Origin: Balanoglossus misakiensis
Taxonomy: Eukaryota; Animalia; Hemichordata
Length of the DNA stretch: 64,000 nucleotides
NCBI GenBank assembly: GCA_040954595.2
Contig: CM082591.2
Coordinates: 11,363,309 to 11,427,308, forward strand
Direction: 5' to 3'
The notes under the pieces are model-generated. The model saw only the letters and a program-made list of their open reading frames with translations, had not been told where the DNA came from and searched no databases. Shown one piece after another: positions 49,111 through 61,100 of this stretch. Positions within the stretch are counted from its first letter, which is position 1. Every line of letters starts with the position of its first letter. The translations under genes and the position numbers were made by a program.

Positions 49111-52100
49111 TGGAAATTTTAGAACTATCCGTCGATCTACAGAGTCGAGTGGAAAACTTCCTTATGCGCATAGGCCTATCATGTGTCCTGCGCATCACAA
49201 CAGAATTCAATTTACAAACGTGGCTGTGTTTGGAAGCAACCATGGAAATTTAGAACTATCTGTCCATCTACAGTGGAAAACTTCCTTATGCGCATAGGCC
49301 TATCATATGTCCTGCGCATCACAACAGAATTCAATTAATAAACGTGGCTGTGTTTGGAAGCAACCATGGAAATTTTAGAACTATCTGTCGATCTACCGAG
49401 TCTATCAGAAAACTTTCTCATGCGCATAGGTCTATCGTGTGTTCTGCGAATCACAACCGATTTCCTCAAATAAACGAGGCTGTGTTTGGAAGCATCCATG
49501 GGAATTTTAGAACTATCCGTCGATCTACAGAGTCTAGTGGAAAACTTCCTTATGCGCATAGGCCTATCATGTGTCCTGCGCATCACAACAGAATTCAATT
49601 AATAAACGAGGGTGTGTTTGGAAGCAACCATGGAAATTTTAGAACTATCCGTCCATCTACAGAGTCTAGTGGAAAACTTTCTTATGCGCATAGGCTTATC
49701 TATGTGTTCTACGCATCACAACAGAATTCGGTAAATAAACGAGGCTGTGTTTGGAAGCAACCATGGAAATTTTAGAACTATCCGTCCATCTACAGAGTCT
49801 AGTGGAAAACTTCCTTATGCGCTTAGGCCTATCATGTGTTTTGCGCATCACAACAGAATTCAATTAATAAACGTAGCTGTGTTTGGAAGCAACCATGGAA
49901 ATTTTAGAACTATCCGTCTATCTACTGAGTCTAGTGGAAAACTTTCTTATGCGCATAGGCCTATCATGTGTTCTGCGCATCACAACAGAATTTTGTAAAC
50001 AAACGAGGCTGTGTTTGGAAGCAACCATGGAAATTTTAGAACTATCCGTCGATCTACTGAGTCTAGTGGAAAACTTTCTTAAGCGCATAGGCCTATCTAT
50101 GTGTTCTGCGCATCACAACAGAATTTTGTAAACAAACGAGGATGTGTTTGGAAGCAAACATGGAAATTTTAGAACTATCCGTCGATCTACAGAGTCTATC
50201 AGAAAACTTTCTCATGCGCATAGGTCTATCGTGTGTTCTGCGCATCACAACAGATTTCCTTAAATAAACGAGGCTGTGTTTGGAAGCAACCATGGAAAGA
50301 TTAGAACTATCCGTCCATCTACAGAGTCTAGTGGAAAACTTTCTTATGCGCATAGGCTTATCTATGTGTTCTACGCATCACAACAGAATTTGGTAAATAA
50401 ACGAGGCTGTGTTTGGAAGCAACCATGGAAATTTTAGAACTATCCGTCCATCTACAATGTCTAGTGGAAAACTTTCTTATGCGCATAGTCTTATCTATGT
50501 GTTCTACGCATCACAACAGAATTCGGTAAATAAACGTGGCTGTGTTTGGAAGCAACCATGGAAATTTTAGAACTATCCGTCCATCTACAGAGTCTAGTGG
50601 AAAACTTCCTTATGCGCTTAGGCCTATCATGTGTTCTGCGCATCACAACAGAATTCGGTAAATAAACGTGGCTGTGTTTGGAAGCAACCATGGAAATTTT
50701 AGAACTATCCGTCGATCTACTGAGTCTAGTGGAAAACTTTCTTATGCGCATAGGCCTATCATGTGTTCTGCGCATCACAACAGAATTTTGTAAACAAACG
50801 AGGCTGTGTTTGGAAGCAACCATGGAAATTTTAGAACTATCCGTCGATCTACTGAGTCTAGTGGAAAACTTTCTTAAGCGCATAGGCCTATCTATGTGTT
50901 CTGCGCATCACAACAGAATTTTGTAAACAAACGAGGATGTGTTTGGAAGCAACCATGGAAATTTTAGAACTATCCGTCGATCTACAGAGTCTATCAGAAA
51001 ACTTTCTCATGCGCATAGGTCTATCGTGTGTTCTGCGCATCACAACAGATTTCCTTAAATAAACGAGGCTGTGTTTGGAAGCAACCATGGAAAGATTAGA
51101 ACTATCCGTCGATCTACAGAGTCTAGTGGAAAACTTTCTTATGCGCATAGGTCTATCGTGTGTTCTGCGAATCACAACAGATTTCCTCAAATAAACGAGG
51201 GTGTGTTTGGAAGCAACCATGGAAATTTTAGAACTATCCGTCCATCTACAGAGTCTAGTGGAAAACTTTCTTATGCGCATAGGCTTATCTATGTGTTCTA
51301 CGCATCACAACAGAATTTGGTAAATAAACGAGGCTGTGTTTGGAAGCAACCATGGAAATTTTAGAACTATCCGTCGATCTACTGAGTCTAGTGGAAAACT
51401 TTCTTATGCGCATAGGCCTATCATGTGTTCTGCGCATCACAACAGAATTTTGTAAACAAACGAGGCTGTGTTTGGAAGCAACCATGGAAATTTTAGAACT
51501 ATCCGTCGATCTACTGAGTCTAGTGGAAAACTTTCTTAAGCGCATAGGCCTATCTATGTGTTCTGCGCATCACAACAGAATTTTGTAAACAAACGAGGAT
51601 GTGTTTGGAAGCAACCATGGAAATTTTAGAACTATCCGTCGATCTACAGAGTCTATCAGAAAACTTTCTCATGCGCATAGGTCTATCGTGTGTTCTGCGC
51701 ATCACAACAGATTTCCTTAAATAAACGAGGCTGTGTTTGGAAGCAACCATGGAAAGATTAGAACTATCCGTCGATCTACAGAGTCTAGTGGAAAACTTTC
51801 TTATGCGCATAGGCTTATCTATGTGTTCTACGCATCACAACAGAATTTGGTAAATAAACGAGGCTGTGTTTGGAAGCAACCATGGAAATTTTAGAACTAT
51901 CCGTCGATCTACAGAGTCGAGTGGAAAACTTCCTTAAGCGCATAGGCCTATCATGTGTCCTGCGCATCACAACAGAATTCAATTTATAAACGTGGCTGTG
52001 TTTGGAAGCAACCATGGAAATTTAGAACTATCTGTCCATCTACAGTGGAAAACTTCCTTAAGCGCATAGGCCTATCATATGTCCTGCGCATCACAACAGA

Positions 52101-55100
52101 ATTCAATTAATAAACGTGGTTGTGTTTGGAAGCAACCATGGAAATTTTAGAACTATCTGTCGATCTACCGAGTCTATCAGAAAACTTTCTCATGCGCATA
52201 GGTCTATCGTGTGTTCTGCGAATCACAACAGATTTCCTCAAATAAACGAGGCTGTGTTTGGAAGCATCCATGGGAATTTTAGAACTATCCGTCGATCTAC
52301 TGAGTCTAGTGGAAAATTTTCTGATGCGCATAGGCCTGTCATGTGTTTTGCGCATCACAACAGAATTAAATTAATAAACGTAGCTGTGTTTGGAAGCAAC
52401 CATGGAAATTTTAGAACTATCCGTCGATCTACACAGTCTAGTGGAAAACTTTCTTATGCGCATAGACCTATCATATGTTCTGCGCATCACAACAGAATTT
52501 TGTAAAGAAACGAGGCTGTGTTTGGAAGCAACCATGGAAACTTTAGAACTATCCGTCGATCTACTGAGTCTAGTGGAAAACTTTTTTATGCGCATAGGCC
52601 TATCATGTGTTTTGCGCATCACAACAGAATTAAATTAATAAACGTAGCTGTGTTTGGAAGCAACCATGGAAATTTTAGAACTATCCGTCGATCTACTGAG
52701 TCTAGTGGAAAACTTTCTGATGCGCATAGGCCTATCATGTGTTTTGCGCATCACAACAGAATTAAATTAATAAACGTAGCTGTGTTTGGAAGCAACCATG
52801 GAAATTTTAGAACTATCCGTCGATCTACTGAGTCTAGTGGAAAACTTTCTTATGCGCATAGGCCTATCATGTGTTCTGCGCATCACAACAGAATTTTATA
52901 AACAAACGAGGCTGTGTTTGGAAGCAACCAAGGAAATTTTAGAAGTATCCGTCGATCTACTGAGTCTAGTGGAAAACTTTCTTAAGCGCATAGGCCTATC
53001 TATGTGTTCTGCGCATCACAACAGAATTTTGTAAACAAACGAGGATGTGTCTGGAAGCAACCATGGAAACTTTAGAACTATCCGTCAATCTACAGAGTCT
53101 AGTAGAAAACTTTCTTATCCTCATAGGCCTATCATGTGTTCTGCGCATCACAACAGAATTTGGTAAACAAACAAGGCTGTGTTTGGAAGCAACCATGGAA
53201 ACTTTAGAACTATCCGTCGATCTACAGAGTCTAGTGGAAAACTTCCTTATGCGCATAGGCTTATCTATGTGTACTACGCATCACAACAGAATTCGGTTAA
53301 TAAACGAGGCTGTGTTTGGAAGCAATCATGGAAATTTTAGAACTATCCGTCGATCTACACAGTCTAGTGGAAAACTTTCTTATGCGCATAGACCTATCAT
53401 ATGTTCTGCGCATCACAACAGAATTTTGTAAAGAAACGAGGCTGTGTTTGGAAGCAACCATGGAAACTTTAGAACTATCCGTCGATCTACTGAGTCTAGT
53501 GGAAAACTTTTTTATGCGCATAGGCCTATCATGTGTTTTGCGCATCACAACAGAATTCAATTAATAAACGTAGCTGTGTTTGGAAGCAACCATGGAAATT
53601 TTAGAACTATCCGTCGATCTACTGAGTCTAGTGGAAAACTTTCTTATGCGCATAGGCCTATCATGTGTTCTGCGCATCACAACAGAATTTTGTAAACAAA
53701 CGAGGCTGTGTTTGGAAGCAACCATGGAAATTTTAGAACTATCCGTCGATCTACTGAGTCTAGTGGAAAACTTTCTTAAGCGCATAGGCCTATCTATGTG
53801 TTCTGCGCATCACAACAGAATTTTGTAAACAAACGAGGATGTGTTTGGAAGCAACCATGGAAATTTTAGAACTATCCGTCGATCTACAGAGTCTATCAGA
53901 AAACTTTCTCATGCGCATAGGTCTATCGTGTGTTCTGCGCATCACAACAGATTTCCTTAAATAAACGAGGCTGTGTTTGGAAGCAACCATGGAAAGATTA
54001 GAACTATCCGTCGATCTACAGAGTCTAGTGGAAAACTTTCTTATGCGCATAGGTCTATCGTGTGTTCTGCGAATCACAACAGATTTCCTCAAATAAACGA
54101 GGGTGTGTTTGGAAGCAACCATGGAAATTTTAGAACTATCCGTCCATCTACAGAGTCTAGTGGAAAACTTTCTTATGCGCATAGGCTTATCTATGTGTTC
54201 TACGCATCACAACAGAATTTGGTAAATAAACGAGGCTGTGTTTGGAAGCAACCATGGAAATTTTAGAACTATCCGTCGATCTACTGAGTCTAGTGGAAAA
54301 CTTTCTTATGCGCATAGGCCTATCATGTGTTCTGCGCATCACAACAGAATTTTGTAAACAAACGAGGCTGTGTTTGAAAGCAACCATGGAAATTTTAGAA
54401 CTATCCGTCGATCTACTGAGTCTAGTGGAAAACTTTCTTAAGCGCATAGGCCTATCTATGTGTTCTGCGCATCACAACAGAATTTTGTAAACAAACGAGG
54501 ATGTGTTTGGAAGCAACCATGGAAATTTTAGAACTATCCGTCGATCTGCAGAGTCTATCAGAAAACTTTCTCATGCGCATAGGTCTATCGTGTGTTCTGC
54601 GCATCACAACAGATTTCCTTAAATAAACGAGGCTGTGTTTGGAAGCAACCATGGAAAGATTAGAACTATCCGTCGATCTACAGAGTCTAGTGGAAAACTT
54701 TCTTATGCGCATAGGTCTATCGTGTGTTCTGCGAATCACAACAGATTTCCTCAAATAAACGAGGGTGTGTTTGGAAGCAACCATGGAAATTTTAGAACTA
54801 TCCGTCGATCTACAGAGTCGAGTGGAAAACTTCCTTAAGCGCATAGGCCTATCATGTGTCCTGCGCATCACAACAGAATTCAATTTATAAACGTGGCTGT
54901 GTTTGGAAGCAACCATGGAAATTTAGAACTATCTGTCCATCTACAGTGGAAAACTTCCTTATGCGCATAGGCCTATCATATGTCCTGCGCATCACAACAG
55001 AATTCAATTAATAAACGTGGCTGTGTTTGGAAGCATCCATGGGAATTTTAGAACTATCCGTCGATCTACTGAGTCTAGTGGAAAACTTTCTGATGCGCAT

Positions 55101-58100
55101 AGGCCTGTCATGTGTTTTGCGCATCACAACAGAATTAAATTAATAAACGTAGCTGTGTTTGGAAGCAACCATGGAAATTTTAGAACTATCCGTCGATCTA
55201 CTGAGTCTAGTGGAAAACTTTCTGATGCGCATAGGCCTATCATGTGTTCTGCGCATCACAACAGAATTTTATAAACAAACGAGGCTGTGTTTGGAAGCAA
55301 CCAAGGAAATTTTAGAACTATCCGTCGATCTACTGAGTCTAGTGGAAAACTTTCTTAAGCGCATAGGCCTATCTATGTGTTCTGCGCATCACAACAGAAT
55401 TTTATAAACAAACGAGGCTGTGTTTGGAAGCAACCAAGGAAATTTTAGAACTATCCGTCGATCTACTGAGTCTAGTGGAAAACTTTCTTAAGCGCATAGG
55501 CCTATCTATGTGTTCTGCGCATCACAACAGAATTTTGTAAACAAACGAGGATGTGTCTGGAAGCAACCATGGAAACTTTAGAACTATCCGTCAATCTACA
55601 GAGTCTAGTAGAAAACTTTCTTATCCTCATAGGCCTATCATGTGTTCTGCGCATCACAACAGAATTTGGTAAACAAACAAGGCTGTGTTTGGAAGCAACC
55701 ATGGAAACTTTAGAACTATCCGTCGATCTACAGAGTCTAGTGGAAAACTTCCTTATGCGCATAGGCTTATCTATGTGTACTACGCATCACAACAGAATTC
55801 GGTTAATAAACGAGGCTGTGTTTGGAAGCAATCATGGAAATTTTAGAACTATCCGTCGATCTACACAGTCTAGTGGAAAACTTTCTTATGCGCATAGACC
55901 TATCATATGTTCTGCGCATCACAACAGAATTTTGTAAAGAAACGAGGCTGTGTTTGGAAGCAACCATGGAAACTTTAGAACTATCCGTCGATCTACTGAG
56001 TCTAGTGGAAAACTTTTTTATGCGCATAGGCCTATCATGTGTTTTGCGCATCACAACAGAATTCAATTAATAAACGTAGCTGTGTTTGGAAGCAACCATG
56101 GAAATTTTAGAACTATCCGTCGATCTACTGAGTCTAGTGGAAAACTTTCTTATGCGCATAGGCCTATCATGTGTTCTGCGCATCACAACAGAATTTTGTA
56201 AACAAACGAGGCTGTGTTTGGAAGCAACCATGGAAATTTTAGAACTATCCGTCGATCTACTGAGTCTAGTGGAAAACTTTCTTAAGCGCATAGGCCTATC
56301 TATGTGTTCTGCGCATCACAACAGAATTTTGTAAACAAACGAGGATGTGTTTGGAAGCAACCATGGAAATTTTAGAACTATCCGTCGATCTACAGAGTCT
56401 ATCAGAAAACTTTCTCATGCGCATAGGTCTATCGTGAGTTCTGCGCATCACAACAGATTTCCTTAAATAAACGAGGCTGTGTTTGGAAGCAACCATGGAA
56501 AGATTAGAACTATCCGTCGATCTACAGAGTCTAGTGGAAAACTTTCTTATGCGCATAGGTCTATCGTGTGTTCTGCGAATCACAACAGATTTCCTCAAAT
56601 AAACGAGGGTGTGTTTGGAAGCAACCATGGAAATTTTAGAACTATCCGTCCATCTACAGAGTCTAGTGGAAAACTTTCTTATGCGCATAGGCTTATCTAT
56701 GTCTTCTACGCATCACAACAGAATTTGGTAAATAAACGAGGCTGTGTTTGGAAGCAACCATGGAAATTTTAGAACTATCCGTCGATCTACTGAGTCTAGT
56801 GGAAAACTTTCTTATGCGCATAGGCCTATCATGTGTTCTGCGCATCACAACAGAATTTTGTAAACAAACGAGGCTGTGTTTGGAAGCAACCATGGAAATT
56901 TTAGAACTATCCGTCGATCTACTGAGTCTAGTGGAAAACTTTCTTAAGCGCATAGGCCTATCTATGTGTTCTGCGCATCACAACAGAATTTTGTAAACAA
57001 ACGAGGATGTGTTTGGAAGCAACCATGGAAATTTTAGAACTATCCGTCGATCTACAGAGTCTATCAGAAAACTTTCTCATGCGCATAGGTCTATCGTGTG
57101 TTCTGCGCATCACAACAGATTTCCTTAAATAAACGAGGCTGTGTTTGGAAGCAACCATGGAAAGATTAGAACTATCCGTCGATCTACAGAGTCTAGTGGA
57201 AAACTTTCTTATGCGCATAGGTCTATCGTGTGTTCTGCGAATCACAACAGATTTCCTCAAATAAACGAGGGTGTGTTTGGAAGCAACCATGGAAATTTTA
57301 GAACTATCCGTCGATCTACAGAGTCGAGTGGAAAACTTCCTTAAGCGCATAGGCCTATCATGTGTCCTGCGCATCACAACAGAATTCAATTTATAAACGT
57401 GGCTGTGTTTGGAAGCAACCATGGAAATTTAGAACTATCTGTCCATCTACAGTGGAAAACTTCCTTATGCGCATAGGCCTATCATATGTCCTGCGCATCA
57501 CAACAGAATTCAATTAATAAACGTGGCTGTGTTTGGAAGCAACCATGGAAATTTTAGAACTATCTGTCGATCTACCGAGTCTATCAGAAAACTTTCTCAT
57601 GCGCATAGGTCTATCGTGTGTTCTGCGAATCACAACAGATTTCCTCAAATAAACGAGGCTGTGTTTGGAAGCATCCATGGGAATTTTAGAACTATCCGTC
57701 GATCTACTGAGTCTAGTGGAAAACTTTCTGATGCGCATAGGCCTGTCATGTGTTTTGCGCATCACAACAGAATTAAATTAATAAACGTAGCTGTGTTTGG
57801 AAGCAACCATGGAAATTTTAGAACTATCCGTCGATCTACTGAGTCTAGTGGAAAACTTTCTGATGCGCATAGGCCTATCATGTGTTCTGCGCATCACAAC
57901 AGAATTTTATAAACAAACGAGGCTGTGTTTGGAAGCAACCAAGGAAATTTTAGAACTATCCGTCGATCTACTGAGTCTAGTGGAAAACTTTCTTAAGCGC
58001 ATAGGCCTATCTATGTGTTCTGCGCATCACAACAGAATTTTATAAACAAACGAGGCTGTGTTTGGAAGCAACCAAGGAAATTTTAGAACTATCCGTCGAT

Positions 58101-61100
58101 CTACTGAGTCTAGTGGAAAACTTTCTTAAGCGCATAGGCCTATCTATGTGTTCTGCGCATCACAACAGAATTTTGTAAACAAACGAGGATGTGTCTGGAA
58201 GCAACCATGGAAACTTTAGAACTATCCGTCAATCTACAGAGTCTAGTAGAAAACTTTCTTATCCTCATAGGCCTATCATGTGTTCTGCGCATCACAACAG
58301 AATTTGGTAAACAAACAAGGCTGTGTTTGGAAGCAACCATGGAAACTTTAGAACTATCCGTCGATCTACAGAGTCTAGTGGAAAACTTCCTTATGCGCAT
58401 AGGCTTATCTATGTGTACTACGCATCACAACAGAATTCGGTTAATAAACGAGGCTGTGTTTGGAAGCAATCATGGAAATTTTAGAACTATCCGTCGATCT
58501 ACACAGTCTAGTGGAAAACTTTCTTATGCGCATAGACCTATCATATGTTCTGCGCATCACAACAGAATTTTGTAAAGAAACGAGGCTGTGTTTGGAAGCA
58601 ACCATGGAAACTTTAGAACTATCCGTCGATCTACTGAGTCTAGTGGAAAACTTTTTAATGCGCATAGGCCTATCATGTGTTTTGCGCATCACAACAGAAT
58701 TCAATTAATAAACGTAGCTGTGTTTGGAAGCAACCATGGAAATTTTAGAACTATCCGTCGATCTACTGAGTCTAGTGGAAAACTTTCTTATGCGCATAGG
58801 CCTATCATGTGTTCTGCGCATCACAACAGAATTTTGTAAACAAACGAGGCTGTGTTTGGAAGCAACCATGGAAATTTTAGAACTATCCGTCGATCTACTG
58901 AGTCTAGTGGAAAACTTTCTTAAGCGCATAGGCCTATCTATGTGTTCTGCGCATCACAACAGAATTTTGTAAACAAACGAGGATGTGTTTGGAAGCAACC
59001 ATGGAAATTTTAGAAGTATCCGTCGATCTACAGAGTCTATCAGAAAACTTTCTCATGCGCATTTGTCTATCGTGTGTTCTGCGCATCACAACAGATTTCC
59101 TTAAATAAACGAGGCTGTGTTTGGAAGCAACCATGGAAAGATTAGAACTATCCGTCGATCTACAGAGTCTAGTGGAAAACTTTCTTATGCGCATAGGTCT
59201 ATCGTGTGTTCTGCGAATCACAACAGATTTCCTCAAATAAACGAGGGTGTGTTTGGAAGCAACCATGGAAATTTTAGAACTATCCGTCCATCTACAGAGT
59301 CTAGTGGAAAACTTTCTTATGCGCATAGGCTTATCTATGTGTTCTACGCATCACAACAGAATTTGGTAAATAAACGAGGCTGTGTTTGGAAGCAACCATG
59401 GAAATTTTAGAACTATCCGTCGATCTACTGAGTCTAGTGGAAAACTTTCTTATGCGCATAGGCCTATCATGTGTTCTGCGCATCACAACAGAATTTTGTA
59501 AACAAACGAGGCTGTGTTTGGAAGCAACCATGGAAATTTTAGAACTATCCGTCGATCTACTGAGTCTAGTGGAAAACTTTCTTAAGCGCATAGGCCTATC
59601 TATGTGTTCTGCGCATCACAACAGAATTTTGTAAACAAACGAGGATGTGTTTGGAAGCAACCATGGAAATTTTAGAACTATCCGTCGATCTACAGAGTCT
59701 ATCAGAAAACTTTCTCATGCGCATAGGTCTATCGTGTGTTCTGCGCATCACAACAGATTTCCTTAAATAAACGAGGCTGTGTTTGGAAGCAACCATGGAA
59801 AGATTAGAACTATCCGTCGATCTACAGAGTCTAGTGGAAAACTTTCTTATGCGCATAGGTCTATCGTGTGTTCTGCGAATCACAACAGATTTCCTCAAAT
59901 AAACGAGGGTGTGTTTGGAAGCAACCATGGAAATTTTAGAACTATCCGTCGATCTACAGAGTCGAGTGGAAAACTTCCTTAAGCGCATAGGCCTATCATG
60001 TGTCCTGCGCATCACAACAGAATTCAATTTATAAACGTGGCTGTGTTTGGAAGCAACCATGGAAATTTAGAACTATCTGTCCATCTACAGTGGAAAACTT
60101 CCTTATGCGCATAGGCCTATCATATGTCCTGCGCATCACAACAGAATTCAATTAATAAACGTGGCTGTGTTTGGAAGCAACCATGGAAATTTTAGAACTA
60201 TCTGTCGATCTACCGAGTCTATCAGAAAACTTTCTCATGCGCATAGGTCTATCGTGTGTTCTGCGAATCACAACAGATTTCCCCAAATAAACGAGGCTGT
60301 GTTTGGAAGCATCCATGGGAATTTTAGAACTATCCGTCGATCTACTGAGTCTAGTGGAAAACTTTCTGATGCGCATAGGCCTGTCATGTGTTTTGCGCAT
60401 CACAACAGAATTAAATTAATAAACGTAGCTGTGTTTGGAAGCAACCATGGAAATTTTAGAACTATCCGTCGATCTACTGAGTCTAGTGGAAAACTTTCTG
60501 ATGCGCATAGGCCTATCATGTGTTTTGCGCATCACAACAGAATTAAATTAATAAACGTAGCTGTGTTTGGAAGCAACCATGGAAATTTTAGAACTATCCG
60601 TCGATCTACTGAGTCTAGTGGAAAACTTTCTTATGCGCATAGGCCTATCATGTGTTCTGCGCATCACAACAGAATTTTATAAACAAACGAGGCTGTGTTT
60701 GGAAGCAACCAAGGAAATTTTAGAACTATCCGTCGATCTACTGAGTCTAGTGGAAAACTTTCTTAAGCGCATAGGCCTATCTATGTGTTCTGCGCATCAC
60801 AACAGAATTTTGTAAACAAACGAGGATGTGTCTGGAAGCAACCATGGAAACTTTAGAACTATCCGTCAATCTACAGAGTCTAGTAGAAAACTTTCTTATC
60901 CTCATAGGCCTATCATGTGTTCTGCGCATCACAACAGAATTTGGTAAACAAACAAGGCTGTGTTTGGAAGCAACCATGGAAACTTTAGAACTATCCGTCG
61001 ATCTACAGAGTCTAGTGGAAAACTTCTTTATGCGCATAGGCTTATCTATGTGTACTAGGCATCGCAACAGAATTCGGTAAATAAACGAGGCTGTGTTTGG

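Noticed and set aside
48576-49253. ORFs of 80, 153 and 71 aa across the TIR element, sharing a peptide
   Set aside because: The shared peptide is the inverted repeat read on both strands; the frames run into satellite and have no transposase motifs.
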